This document shows positions 12,562 to 25,678 of a stretch of 64,000 nucleotides of DNA, one piece after another (position 1 is the first letter of the stretch; each line of letters opens with the position of its first letter). The DNA comes from Octopus sinensis. Taxonomy: Eukaryota. The notes beneath the pieces are model-generated. The model did not search any database and was not told where the DNA came from. It saw only the letters and a program-made list of their open reading frames with translations. Made by a program: the position numbers and the translations under genes. The DNA lies in NCBI RefSeq assembly GCF_006345805.1, contig NC_043005.1:52080001-52144000 (forward strand), written 5' to 3'.

Positions 12562-15402
12562 CCTGTTCACGGCGCAAACGGGAATCCGGATGGCCTCTGT
12601 GTAGGACAAACCGAACACAGATAGGTGTTGCAAGGAGTGACCGGTGGAGCGGAAATGGCGTGAGACTGTGTGTCGTTCGCAAGGTGGATGTCACGAAGGT
12701 GTTCCGCGAACCGGTCAGCCAAGCGGCGTCCCGTTTGTCCGATGTACAAGGAATTGCAGAGAGAGCAAGAGATGCAATAGATAATATTGCTGGAGGTGCA
12801 GGTGAAGGAGTGGATGATGGGATAGGGTCGATGGTGGGTGCTAGTGAGGCGGGTGGTGTTGGAGAGGTAAGGGCAAGTGCGGCAACGTGGGCGGGAGCAG
12901 GGGAACGAGCCGGTTTGGGAGGTAGGGTCAGGGAAGGAGCTATGGACCAAAAGGTCTCGAAGGTTGTGGGCTCGTTTGAAAGAGGGGAGGGGTCGGTTAG
13001 GGAAGAGGTGTGAAGTGGACGGGTCGGACTGGAGATGACGGAAAGCTCGAAGAATGGTGCGTTGGAGACGTAGGGTCGTGGGGTGGTAAGTGAGGGGAAA
13101 AGGGAGGCGGGAGACTACAGGGCGGGTTCGGGGAGAGAGAGCAGATACACGGTCCACGGACCGTGCTCTGGCAAGGGCGGTGTGGATAGTGGTGAGGGGG
13201 TATCCACGTAGGTTGAAGTGGTGAGCCATACGTTGAGACTGAGTCTCAAAGTCATGGTCGTCACTACAGAGCCTACGTAGACGGAGGAATTGGGAATAGG
13301 GGATGGAAAGCTTGGTGTGTTCTGGGTGGGAGGAAGAGAAGTTGAGGTATGAGTGTGAGTCTGTGTGTTTGTAGTGAATGGAGGTGGTAAGAGTGGAGTG
13401 AAGAATGCTAACCGAAATGTCGAGGAAGGAGACAGAGGTGTTGGAGATAGTGGAAGTGAAGTGGAGGGCTGGATGGAAAGATTGGACGAAAGAGAGGAAG
13501 GAATCTAGATGTTCGCGGGAGAGTGAGGTGGCACCGATAATGTCGTCAATATAACGACCATATAGTTCAGGAGTGGGACCAGTGAAATTAGAGAATATTT
13601 GGGCCTCAACATAGCCAACGAACAGGTTCGCATAGTTGGGGCCCATTCGCGTTCCCATGGCCACTCCCGAGACCTGATGGTAGAACTCGCCCGCGAACGA
13701 GAAGCAGTTCAGAGTAAGGACAAGTTCGGCCAGACGAATGAGTGTGGAGGTGTCAGGTACAGGGTTAGAGCGGAGGTCAAGAAAGTGTCGAAGGGCCTGC
13801 AGTCCTTCGTGGTGAGGGATAACAGTATAGAGGCTTTGGATGTCCATAGTAAAAAGGATTTTGGAGGAGCCGGGAGGAAAGGAGAAAGAGTTGAAAAGCC
13901 GGAGAGCATGGTTGGTATCGTGGATGTGGGAGGGAAGAGATGCCACTAGGGGGGCAAGGACACGGTCGAGGTATTTAGAGATGAGCTCCGTGGGGCAGTT
14001 ACAGGCGGAGACGATGGGGCGGCCAGGGTTGTTGGGTTTGTGGATTTTGGGGAGGAAGTAAATGGTGGGGGTACGTGGGGTTCGCACAATTAGGTTGGAT
14101 GCGGTGCGGGGGAGACGGGAGGACGAGATGAGGTCTTGGACAGTAGAGGATACCGTCTGTTGGTAGCTACGTGTGGGGTTAGAGGGCAGAGGGGAATAGA
14201 AGGAGGTGTCATTGAGTTGGCGGAAAGCCTCGGCCCTATAGAGGTCCGCGCGCCACACCACTACAGCTCCACCCTTGTCAGCCGGTTTGATGATAATGTC
14301 AGCGCGCCGTTGGAGGGAACGAAGAGCCAAGAGCTCAGCCGGGGAGATGTTGAGGCGGCGTTGGCGCCTGGAGAAGTTGAACCGCTCCAATGCACGCTGA
14401 CAAGCGCCCGCGAAAAGATCCACTGCTAGGATCTGGCCAGGGGCAGGCGTCCACGGGGATGGTCGGCGGCCCAGGCCAGTGAAGCAGTCGTCCTCTTCGT
14501 TGGGTGTGGGTGGCGAGTCGTGGTATGCGCACCCAACCGGACACGGCGCACAAAGCTGTGGACATCAACTCGCGTCTGGAATTCCTTACAGGATGGAGTG
14601 AGGGGGATGAAACGCAGACCCCTACCAAGGACGGAGCGTTCAGCCGCAGAGAGGGGAAGATCGGGGGGAATGGTAACAACAGACGGAAGTGGAGAAGGGG
14701 TGGATGGAATAGAAGTAGGAGGGGTGGTAGGTCTCGTGGAGGTCTGAGGGGGAGGGATTGGAGAGGTGTGTGGGGGGGTGGTTGGGCGGGGCAGTAGGGT
14801 TAGGTGTAGGTGGATGGAGCCTAACGGGAGGGGAGAAGGGGTTGTAGGGAGGGGCAGTGGGGTTAGGTGTGGGTGGATGGAGCCTATCGGGAGGGGAGAA
14901 AGGTGGTGGAGGAGTTGGGGTAGTGGCGTCGGGTAGGGTGGAATGGAAGAGTGATTGGAGTTTACGAAGTTTGGTATCAGAAAGAAATTGATGGAAGAGT
15001 TGATTCAAATGGATAATGAAGCGTAGCGTGTTTGGAGCATAGAGAGGCGGCAGAGAGGAGAAGAGGTGAGAAAGCAGGAGGAAGAAGGCGGTTGATGGCA
15101 TGTAGTTTGGAGAGATTGGAGCGAATGGTGGCCCGCATAAGGCGGTAAGATGTGGTGCGGAGTATGGGTAAGATGGAAGAATCCGAGTGGAGAGCAGGGT
15201 GGAAGTGGAGGCGGAAACCTTTAGGGATGAGTCGGTGATGTAGGCAGCGGCTTAGGAAAGAGACATGGCTAGAGAAGCGGTTTTTTTAAAAAAGAAGTAG
15301 AGAGAGATTAACGGACGGCTGAAGGCAATATACAGGAAGCGAACGTAGATGATCCTTCAAACGGTGATGGAGAGTGAGGAGGTAGGACCTAGGATCCGGC
15401 AT
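12500..15402 (-). pseudogene. Full PLE ORF reconstructed across a stop and several frameshifts
   Basis: ATG at 15402 (MPDPRSY...), TAA at 15286-15288, then HVSFLSRCLHHRLIPKGF, DTKLRKL, a Pro-rich linker and LSAAERSVLGRGLRFIP in shifting frames. The C-terminus VSRHFRSTGH...RREQELIFSLRSYTPFGLN is split over two more frames and ends at 12500. Confidence 0.8.
12567..14423 (-). CDS. Penelope-like reverse transcriptase / GIY-YIG endonuclease (longest uninterrupted segment)
   Basis: RT motifs IIIKPADKGGAVVVW, YFLPKIHKPNNPGRPIVS, TMDIQSLYT, GVAMGTRMGPNYANLF and RYIDD; Cys linker PCSRPRCRTC; endonuclease NIIYCISCSLCNSLYIGQTGRRLADRFAEH. Confidence 0.95.
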   Translation of the reverse strand: MDLFAGACQRALERFNFSRRQRRLNISPAELLALRSLQRRADIIIKPADKGGAVVVWRADLYRAEAFRQLNDTSFYSPLPSNPTRSYQQTVSSTVQDLISSSRLPRTASNLIVRTPRTPTIYFLPKIHKPNNPGRPIVSACNCPTELISKYLDRVLAPLVASLPSHIHDTNHALRLFNSFSFPPGSSKILFTMDIQSLYTVIPHHEGLQALRHFLDLRSNPVPDTSTLIRLAELVLTLNCFSFAGEFYHQVSGVAMGTRMGPNYANLFVGYVEAQIFSNFTGPTPELYGRYIDDIIGATSLSREHLDSFLSFVQSFHPALHFTSTISNTSVSFLDISVSILHSTLTTSIHYKHTDSHSYLNFSSSHPEHTKLSIPYSQFLRLRRLCSDDHDFETQSQRMAHHFNLRGYPLTTIHTALARARSVDRVSALSPRTRPVVSRLPFPLTYHPTTLRLQRTILRAFRHLQSDPSTSHLFPNRPLPSFKRAHNLRDLLVHSSFPDPTSQTGSFPCSRPRCRTCPYLSNTTRLTSTHHRPYPIIHSFTCTSSNIIYCISCSLCNSLYIGQTGRRLADRFAEHLRDIHLANDTQSHAISAPPVTPCNTYLCSVCPTQRPSGFPFAP

Positions 15403-16029
15403 GATGGGATAGCGGAAAAAAAACGTTCGAAAAAACAAAAAAAAAAAAAACAAAAAACAAAAATTATCGTATGAAAAAAATAGAAAAAAAGGATAGCGAA
15501 AAAAGGGGAAAAAACAAACGTTCCAGAAAACAAAAAAATAATAATCGTATGAAAAAACTAGATAAGTAAGCGATAGGGGCAGAAAAGACGGGGCAAACGG
15601 AAAAGGGAAAGAAAGAAGGGAAGCAGAGAGAGGGGGAGGCAAAAAAAGGGGGGTGCAGGCAGAGGAAACGGAGTATGGACATCCAGAGAGGGAAGAAAGA
15701 CGGAAAGGAGAACAAAAATTCAGGAAAATGTGGGAAGCATGAAATGAATGTAAAAAAAGTGGTAATATAAGAGGAAATAAAAATTCAACAAACGGGACAG
15801 TTTATGCGAACAAGTTCAAGGTTGAAAGTTCAAGGTGAGAAATATGTAGACGTCGTGGTATATTTTTTAAGGATTTCACATCAATGCAAAGTCACTTTGA
15901 TCCGCGAAAGAGAGGTGCAGCCAATGGTAAGTATTCAAGAGGTAAAGAAAATCCAAGGTAGAGGTAAGTGTTGATAGTGGTATTGGTAGAATATAGGATG
16001 AAGGTGAGACCACGTGAGCGCATAATATA

Positions 16030-17090
16030 TAACGGGAAGCTTTATGAAAATAAACAAAAGACGAAGGCAGGTGGAAAACAAACGAACAATTGTATTAGTA
16101 TGGCGCTCAGGAAATATAAATAAAACAAGTCTTTAACGTTTCGAGCCTACGCTCTTCAACAGAAAGATACACAGAGAGAGAAAAACACAGAAAGAAGGAG
16201 AGAAAAAAAATGCGTGCAGTAGCTAACGAATCAACATAGCGATCTGATTTCGGCCAGAGGTCAAAGATCAAACATGAGACGCGAGAGCGAAATAAGGGGA
16301 GATAATAGGGTTGATAAAAGGGTTGAGGGACCAGCTAAAAGTGCGTGGGAGGGGTCTGGATGTGTGTATGTATAGGGTTGGTGTATGTATTAGTATGTAT
16401 AAGGGTGTGTGTGTGTATGAGAGAGTATTAGTGTGTAAGATTGGTCTGGACGTGCGTATGTATGGGGTTGGTGTATGTATTAGTATGTATTAGTATGTAT
16501 TAGTACGTATTGGTATGTATAGGTGTGTGTGTGTGTGTGTGAGAGAGAGTATAAGTGCGTATGCGGGGTCTGGACGTGTGTATGTATAGGGTTGGTGTAA
16601 GTATTAGTATGTACTAGTATGTATTAGTACGTATTAGTATGTATTAGTTGGTGTGTGTATTAGTATGGCACATCATATGTGATGTGATGTGTAAAGTCAT
16701 GTGGTGTAGTGAGGAGAGAAGAGGGGAGGGGGAGAAGAGGGGGAGAGAAGGGGAGGGGAAGAAGAGGGGGAGAGAAGGGGAGGGGAAGAAGAGGGGGAGG
16801 AGAAGGGGGAGAGGAGAGGATGGGGGAGAAGGAAGGGGATGAGGGGGATGAAGGAGGAAAGAGGGAGAGGGGGAGAGAGAAGGGGAGAGAGGGAGTGAGG
16901 GAGCAGAGGGAAGGGGAAGAGGGAGGGAGAAAGAGGGAAGAAGGGAAGGGGAGTAGGGGTGAAAGGATGAAGGACTGAAGAAGTAGGGGTCGGGGGGAGA
17001 AAGGATAGGTGAGGAGGGGGGTGAGGTTAGATGAGGAGGGGGGAGAGTTGAGACCAAATGGCGTATAAGAGCGAAGAGAGAAGATTAATT
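16030..17090 (-). repeat. 5' pseudo-LTR of the Penelope-like element
   Basis: Near-identical to 11461-12561; on + it starts taacgggaagctttatg and ends gagagaagattaatt. Confidence 0.95.
16130..16167 (-). ncRNA. Minimal type I hammerhead ribozyme in 5' pLTR (A6U core variant)
   Basis: Minus strand reads TCTTT CTGTTGA A GAGC-GTAG-GCTC GAAAC GT T AAAGA: 5-bp stem I, 4-bp stem II, palindromic ACGT stem III. Confidence 0.75.
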
Positions 17091-17129
17091 ATATATATAT
17101 GTATATATATATACATATATATATGAATG

Positions 17130-19140
17130 CCGTCCACTCGTGACCGAGGAAGGTCATTGCTGACCTTTAGGAACATTATGCGCTCTAGGATTAACTTATA
17201 TTTTGTATTTGCGGCTCCGTTGGTAGCTAATGAGCCCTGCACTTTACAAGTATACATGACTGCAAACACTGCAAATCAAGCTTTCCCCATTCACTACACT
17301 AGCAGTGCGCTTTCGAGAGTCACGCTTAATCCTTCATGCAGAATACATACTCTCTGAAAAGTGTCGACCCCTTTCTTAACCTGCTTCCTTCATCTGTGGC
17401 AATGACAAGCATTGCTCTTCCAGTAGGTTTCCTGCATATCACAGACATTTAATGAGGACTTGACACTGTCCTTAAATCGCAGCCTTGGTTTCTGTCAGGG
17501 TTTCTTTCCATTAAGAAGTTCCTAATATAGCATCTATTTAAAGAACCTGGTATTGTTCATTCTAGTAAGGTGTCCAGTCCAACGTAACCGATGCATGTGC
17601 ACCATCACCTCAATACTTAAGATATCAGCTTTCTTCAAGACCTGTGTATCTGGAGTTTTTAAGGTCCAGCCAACATTCAGAATGTGTCTCAGACATCTCT
17701 AATGCACGTATGCAAAGGGTCCATGTCTTACATGAGCAAAAGAGCGATGTCAGTTCATATACACGGTACGCAGCACTTTTTTTTTTACCTTGTGATGTCA
17801 TGCTGGGACTAGACACGAAACTGAAGAGACCGGAACGAATCAGATGCTCCCTGTATCCTGAAAGCTATTTTATCATCGAGGGAGCAACAACAGCTGGGTG
17901 TGCTTGTAGTGTTCCAACCTGCATTAGGAAATCCATGTGTGGAACCAACTATCTTGGTGCAAGGAACAATACTAAAAGTGGTAGACAAGTTTGTCTACCA
18001 CTTCCAGTATTGTTCCTTCAACCAAGCTAGTTGGTTCCATATATGGATTTCCTAGTACAGGCTGGAACATTACAACAGTCTTGTCCAGGCTAATGCTGAG
18101 TCCAAATGCATTGCAAGAAGCAGAAATACGATTCATAAGTATTTGCAAGTCATTCACTGCATGAGTGACTAAGTAACAGTCATAAGGGAGGTCACAAATA
18201 AGAGACTGAAAATCTTTTGAGCTGGAAGCAAATCGGCGCGGATTAAAAAGGAGGCCAGAAGTTCGATACCTGACACATATTCCCAGAGAGCGAACCTTAG
18301 CAAAAGCATGAGTAAAAGCATCAGCAAAGCACAAAGAAAAGAGAGTTGGGACAAGTATGTAACCCTGCTTGGCACCATTCTCTACAGCAATGTATCCTGC
18401 TATGTCACCACCAGCATTGATTCAAACCTCCATCCCATCAATCAACTGATTTAATTATAGATACAAAGTGATCCGGACATCCAAGTATGCCAAATAATTT
18501 CCATAGCAAGGCCCTATTCACAGTATCAAAGGCCTTGGTTAAATCAATGAATACCAGGACAAAATCCATATACTGCTCATATTGCTTCTCCTGCCTCTGC
18601 CTTGCTGTGAACATCATATCCATTGTCCCTTTGCCAGATCGTAAAACACATTGAAATTCAGATAGGACATCATTTACAAGACACCCATTCAACCAGGTAA
18701 GAAGAATATTTGCCAGAAACTTGTCAGCAGCTCATAATAGAGCAATGCCTCTGTAGCTACCACATATTTACTTTTTTATTGCCTACAGGGGACTAGGCAT
18801 AGAAGGGACAAACAAGGACAGACAAAGGGATTAATCCGATTACAACGATCCCAGTGCGTAACTGGTACTCATTTAATAGACCTCGAAAGGATGAAAGGCA
18901 AAGTCGACTGCGGCAGAATTTGAACTCAGAACGTAGCAGATGAAATACCGATAAGCACTTCTCTCGGCATGCTCACGATTTCGCCATCTCATTTTTCTAT
19001 CTCCTTTCCCTTTATAAAGAAGAATAATTGCATCCTTCCAGTCCTTAGGCATTGCACCACCCCTCCAGACTACACTAATAAGTTCATGAAGGGACTGTAT
19101 GATGTTATCACCACCAGCTCGCAAGACCTCACCACAAATT
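17130..19140 (-). pseudogene. Degraded RTE-clade LINE reverse transcriptase, interrupted by a SINE at ~18770-18990
   Basis: [60 protein letters not shown] and FGLSISLDKTVVM, with stops and frameshifts. Confidence 0.9.
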
Positions 19141-19253
19141 CCATTCCTTCCATATATACGTATATACATATATACATGCATATATATGTGTGAGTGTCTG
19201 TGTATACATACATATATGTATGTATGTATGTATGTATATATATGTATATATAC

Positions 19254-19297
<44 letters not shown>

Positions 19298-19298
19298 T

Positions 19299-19355
<57 letters not shown>

Positions 19356-20559
19356 GCCCTTTAGCCAACACTAATCAAGTTAATATGAATTTGGATTTGG
19401 AAGTAGGTAAAATTCCCTGTCCCATTATAGTAAAGTTAGCTTCTCGAATCATGCTGATTCACAAAGGCCGGTTTCTCGGTTTCCATTGCGTATGTATTTC
19501 CCACCTGGATGGGACGCCGGTCCATCACAGGGTTACTCATTTTTGCCAGCCGTGTGGACTGGAGCCACATGAAATGAAGTATTTTTCTTAAGAACAGAAG
19601 TCGTCGCTCGGCCCACGAATCGAAGCCGCCATCTTACGATAATATGTCCGACACACTAACCACTAAGTCATGCGCTTCCACCAGTCCGTCTCATCATTGG
19701 CAACATGGCAAATCCCCTGCTGTAGGTACCTATAGAGAATTTTGTGGACAATGTTTTGTCATAGGAGGAAGGACAGTCCAAAGACTGTAAAGATTGAAAA
19801 GGTGGGTTATAAATTTCCATATTTAATAGGATTACATCAGTTTTGAACTTTTTAAGCATGTTTAACAACATATCGTGGGAAGAAATTATATAATGGATTA
19901 AATTCTACGGAGGAGGAGGAAGTTTTATTAATGATGGGGGATGCGGGACCTGGTATTTGTGTTCTTTAAAATCATTGATCTAACTAGTAGTTGGAAGAAA
20001 GATTTATTTAACGGTGATCCTTATCCGCCTTATCACAGAATAACTCATAGGCGCCGGTGTGGCTGTATGGTAAGGAGTTTGTTTCCCAACCACATGGTTT
20101 CGGGTTTAGTCTTACAGAGTGGCACCTTGGGTAAGTGTCTTGTACTATAGCCTTGTGTGTGGATTTGGCAGTCAGAAAATGAAAGAAGCCTGTCATTTAC
20201 ATAAATATGTATGTGTGTGTGTATGTGTGTGGTGTATGTGTGTGTGTGCGCATGCGTATGCGTGTGTGCGTGCATATGTGTTAATGTGTGTGAGTGTTTG
20301 TCAGTTTCGCTCTCGCCACTGTTTGACTGTTTGCCAACAGGTTTTGATGTGTTTACGTCCACATGACTTAGCGGTTCGACAAGAGACCGATCGAATAAGT
20401 ACCAGGCTTAAAATAATTTCAGTATTAGGGTCGACACATTGAACTAAAAACGCTTGAGGTGCTGCACTAGGATGGCTGCAGTCTGATGACTGAAATGAAT
20501 AAAAGGTATAAGATAGAAGATCAGAAAAATTCCATCGAACCTACACCCGTTTAAATCAA

Positions 20560-20900
20560 GACCAGCACTCAACGAAAGAAGGCCTCACGATTCGTTCAAA
20601 TGTAAGGTTTCATTGTCACTGAGTATCTCTCCTGGTGAAAGTATATCTATAATATACGTAGGGTGGCAGCCTGAAGGATGGATCTTATTCTCAGAGCTAG
20701 ATAACACTTCAGACACCTCGACTTGTGTTAAATTCACAGTGAAGTGTTAAATTCACAATGGAGAATTACGCCTACGTCTGGAACAGTTCTGCAGTTTCAA
20801 ACACAAGAAGTTTTGACCGCATCTAGAGAAAGGCCACACAACTCATTTACACACGTTCAAGCCTTTCGGCCATAGGCAAATGTCTTCTCCGTCTGTCTTT
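20560..20900 (+). pseudogene. Highly degraded LINE RT C-terminal fragment
   Basis: MENYAYVWNSSAVSNTRSFDRI*RKA resembles the MEYC..VW...LDR.Q..A motif. Confidence 0.4.
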
Positions 20901-21059
20901 TCCACCAGTCCTATATGTGTGCTGTAGTGGCTTCAGTTCCTCAGATTCGAGGCCTTTTCCTTTTCTATTCATGCACTTCCAACCCACTTCATTTTCCATC
21001 TCATATCACCCGTTTACAGGTTTGTTTTGTATATCTGTCTGTTTCTTTATATACATGCA

Positions 21060-21540
21060 TACAAGGTCTGATCAAAAAGTATCAGGACAGTTGCTATGGC
21101 AACGGAGCTAAAGTACACAGAGTGAAGCCACTTGAAACAAATGGACCTTGAATATTGTCGCGAAACAAATAGACCTTGAATATTGCACTCTAAGTGGTAA
21201 CGTTCTCGCTCACGTCTTTTGCTCATAGCTTGGAAGTAAAGTGTAGAATGCGGTTGTCTTAAAAAGAAGAACGGGTTTTAGCTGCAGTTTGTCCTTGATT
21301 GTATGAAGTAAAATGAAAACTTGAAAACGCTCATAACGGGTGACGAATCGTGGATCGATGGCTATGACTCCGAAATCACTCAGACTTCGCAACAAGATTT
21401 TAAGACATTAAGCAAGTCCAGAAGAATGCGACTAGACAACTGCTCACTGTCCCCCAAAAAGGAATCCAGCCATGCTCTCATCACTGGAAACGGTAGTGGA
21501 TAAAGCGGGTCGCTTCAGACGGGGACTACTGTGAAGGATA
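21060..21540 (+). pseudogene. Deleted mariner element
   Basis: TIR-like caaggtctgatcaaaaagtatc and the mariner catalytic motif LITGDESWIDGYDSE. Confidence 0.7.
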
Positions 21541-21616
21541 TCAAATGCCGAATTTATATGCATTAAGATTTTCTTTTTATAGCGCCAGCCCGATCCTTTA
21601 TGATCAGTCCTCGTAC

Positions 21617-21835
21617 ACACAAAGGGGTGCTGAAAAGTTCCTGTCTTTAAAGGTACCGCAAAACACCTGGTTGGAGGCCCATCCTTCAATTTTTTTACAG
21701 GGCTTAGAAAAACCAAACGATCGCTGCAATAAGTGTGTGAACCTGAGAGGGGAATATAATGAATAAAATCATAATTAACTGTTCAACCTGTATTATCTTT
21801 TATCCAACGCCAGGAACGTTTCAGCACTCTCTCGT
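21617..21835 (+). mobile_element. Mariner-derived MITE
   Basis: TIRs ggggtgctgaaaagttcctg and caggaacgtttcagcactct; interior encodes a mariner C-terminus FLQGLEKPNDRCNKCVNLRGEYNE. A related inverted copy lies at ~26005-26195. Confidence 0.75.
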
Positions 21836-22239
21836 TTATGGATATATAATATATTATTTAATATATTCATACATGTATCTTCTTAAGTAAAGTAGTCTTC
21901 GTGCTCTCTGCATATTATACTTAATAAATTAAATGCTGCAAGATATTTTAAGGTTGGATTCGTTACATTTTTACACAATTGTTAATCATTTAGATAATAC
22001 AGTATAAGTTTAATTTTAATGAATCTAAATATATTGCATAATTTCATTGAGCTTGTAAGTCTCCACTTAACTGATGTATCTTCATGCAGTAGACGTCACC
22101 GGGTATTTTATCTTAGTAGTTCTTATGATTTTAAAAACTTTTTAATGTTTTCCAAGGGAATGTATACATACTCATAGATATAGATTAAATATAGATACAC
22201 GCACACTAATATATACATACATATTGCGCACGCATGCTT

Positions 22240-23620
22240 TCCTTATCGTACGATGACTTCTCTGTCAACCTGCCTATCTATATATCTACCGATATTTCTT
22301 TCTTTGTACTTATCTTTCCGTTCCTTTCTCTGACTAATGTTTTTCACTTAACACCTATATTTCTATCTTTTTCTTTATTTGCATAACTTTCTTCCATTGT
22401 TTGAATTCTTTAATCTTTATATATCGTTCTAACCCTCCATCTTTTTATTTATCCCTTCATCTCCCTTCCTATATATTCCTATCCTGTTTGGTCTTTGCAG
22501 CAAGCCTTTATCTTTGTATTTTTCTCAACCTGCATGTACTCTTTTATTTCTCTCCACTCCTTACGGGCCCCACAAGGATTTCTTTCTGTTTTTCAAGCTA
22601 CCCTTTTCTAATGGTCAGTTACCACTTACTAGATCCTGGTTTGTCAAAAACTTCCTTTTCTCAATACCGAAAGGCACATTCACTTTCATCCTTATCATGC
22701 GACTATCAATCTATCTATCTATCTATCCATCTATCTATCCCTATTTCTTTAAAGTTACCTTTCCATTGCATTTTCCTTTCAAAAATTTTCATTTAATATT
22801 TATCTATCATTTTTCTCTACTTACGTAACTTTCTTTTATTGTTTCCATCCATGTATCTTGCTATCATCGTATCCTTCTACTCATCCTTTCATCTTATGTA
22901 CCCAACTATTTATCTCTATCTTTCTACCCAACTCTTCGTTTCCCCCTTTCTTACCCTGTGTATAGTCACTGCATCAGCTCTTTCTCTCATCCACCTTCAG
23001 ATTTTCTGTCTTCTTCTCAACCCGCCTGTACCCTTTCCAAACTTTCCCCTCCCAAAAGAATCCTCAAGGCTTGTTTCTTTCTTATTCTTTTTTAGAATTG
23101 ACCGCTCTGGTCAGTCGGTTCTCTTATAGCTCAACATTTCTTATACATTATACCTTAAGGCCGAAAGGCACACAATCTTTCCTCCTTACCATGCGACAAC
23201 TCTTCTCTCTATCGCTTTCTTTCTTTATACTTACCATTCTGTTACTTCCTTGTCAAAAGTTTTCCCTAAATACCAGTTTCTAACTTTTTCTCCATTTACA
23301 TACCGCTCATTCTTGTCTGCATCCTTTCATCTTTCCATCGTTTTATCCTTCAATTTTCATATCTACATATCTATACATCTCACTTTCTACTCATTCGTAT
23401 CATAGTTTAGCCCCTCCTTATGTTGCTCAAGCCCTCCTTCCTCACACTGAATATCTGCCTTTCTCTCAACTCCTTTGTATCCTTTCCATATCTCCCTCCA
23501 CCACAATGCCGCCTTCTTTCTCTTGCGTCGGTTACCATTTCTTTTATTATTATCATTACTATTTTGAATTGACCTTCTCACTGGTCATTTGGTTCATCTT
23601 TTCATCTCCTACATGTTTCA
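22240..23620 (+). repeat. Degenerate pyrimidine-rich (CT-biased) low-complexity region
   Basis: Strong C/T skew on + with no recognisable protein. Confidence 0.6.
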
Positions 23621-23902
23621 GTTATTGAAATATTGTCATGCTAAGGTACCGCCTGCAAGAATTTTTTTTCGAAAAGAAATCCAACTCCAGTGCATATTTT
23701 GTAAAGCTTAGCACTTATTCTGTGAGTTTCTTTTTCCGAAATGCTAAGATGCGAGAACGCAACCAAACCAACACTGGTTGTCAAGAGGTGGTGGGCAGAC
23801 ACAAACACAAAGGGACACAAGAGATGATATCTCAAAACAAATACTTCAGTGATACGAAATTCTAACGATACATTCAGGTTAAGGAAAATATAATCATTGC
23901 CA

Positions 23903-23986
<84 letters not shown>

Positions 23987-23987
23987 A

Positions 23988-24022
<35 letters not shown>

Positions 24023-24035
24023 CATATATATATAC

Positions 24036-24188
<153 letters not shown>

Positions 24189-24532
24189 TATAATATATAT
24201 AATACATACACACGCAATCGCGCGCACATATACACATACAACGGGCACCATTTCAGTTTCCGTCCTCAAATCCACTCTCAAAGCTTTTGGCCGCTCCTGG
24301 GATATATACTAGGATGTATTTGCCCATAAATTTCACTTTTTCTCTATCTACATTCATTTCTCACAATTTTTCTTATCCCTACTCGTCTACACCCAAACAG
24401 TTTACCACAAATTCAATCACATTGTCGCAATATTTCAATATTGTGATATTTGATCTACAGCTGCTGCGTGTGTTCAGCATCACTGCATCCATTATGTGTT
24501 TCCTTTGTCATTCCTCTGTTTCTTTTTGATTA

Positions 24533-24914
24533 TCTATTATATAAAATCCGTTCTGTCAGTCTGTGTTTGTGTCTTCTAGTATCTCGGGTATCCTCCATCC
24601 GATTGTGCTCAAATTTGATATGTAGATGCCGACAGTATCAGGGCGTGTATAAGTCATGAAAAAATTACAAAAATTGATTCCAGGTGAGAACGCGATCGAT
24701 AAAGCCGTGGGAACGTGCATTTGTAAAATCGTTTTTCTTAGAATAGAAAAAAAGTCTATCGTTATTTCATCTTTTGCTGGTGTCTCAAATTTAGGCTAAA
24801 TGATGTTTCTCGAAGAGGAGGCCTATGGGACTGCCGGACCAGTTGTTTTGAGAAAATTTGGTTTAAATGTTTGACAACTCAGCACCGTCCATTGGACAGG
24901 GGGCGTTTTGCTCG
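24533..24914 (+). mobile_element. Non-autonomous Helitron-like element
   Basis: Starts A|TCtattatataaaa; subterminal hairpin gtcc-att-ggac; ends CTCG|T, a degenerate CTAG. Confidence 0.55.
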
Positions 24915-25357
24915 TATATATATATCATTAAGGTGGCTATTAACAATTTAAAACAGAAAGGTACAAGCACAGTCGTCACTAAAGTGACTGAGGCTGCTAG
25001 TAAGTACCAGCATTGCTAGAAATAAAAGTCAAAACAACCCTTAGCCACGCGAGAGGATGCGAGATGGAGTTATATCATCGATGATTTCAGATTTGGTTAA
25101 TCTTCATCAGTAACCCATTGTTCTGTCGTCGAAGGTGAAAAACTTAACTGACTTCGTCAGTGTTTTGTAGAGAACACCGTAGTAAACATTGACTGATTCC
25201 GAAAATGGTAAAGTGAAAATTATAAATAATTATGGTAGCTATTCGCAATTTCCAGTTGAAAGGCACAAATATAGTCAGCACCAGAATTGCTAGGCATAAG
25301 AGTCGAAGAAACTCTTGGTCATTTGGTCATGTGAGAGCACTTTTCTAACGACTGACA

Positions 25358-25430
<73 letters not shown>

Positions 25431-25481
25431 ATCTATCTATCTATCTATCTGTCTATCTATCTATGTATCTATCTATCTATG

Positions 25482-25520
<39 letters not shown>

Positions 25521-25568
25521 ATATCTATCTATCTATCTATCCATCTATCTATCTATGTCACTCTCTCT

Positions 25569-25608
<40 letters not shown>

Positions 25609-25634
25609 ATATATATATATATTATATATATATA

Positions 25635-25678
<44 letters not shown>

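Larger units (their letters stand above)
11461..17090 (-). mobile_element. Penelope-like retroelement (Neptune-type), near full length, with two direct pseudo-LTRs
   Basis: An RT plus GIY-YIG ORF lies between ~1.1-kb direct repeats (11461-12561 and 16030-17090) that include the last codons of the ORF, the pLTR hallmark. (TA)n flanks both sides. Confidence 0.95.

Noticed and set aside
12660-14797. Plus-strand ORFs overlapping the PLE
   Set aside because: Antisense shadows of the GC-rich PLE ORF, with no recognisable motifs.
15403-16029. Retained intron in the PLE 5' region
   Set aside because: The clear GTAAGT donors are on the antisense (+) strand, and no convincing sense-strand donor/acceptor pair could be identified by eye.
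11461-17090. LTR retrotransposon interpretation of the long direct repeats
   Set aside because: No TG...CA ends, PBS, gag, protease or integrase. The repeats include the ORF end and the enzyme is PLE RT plus GIY-YIG.
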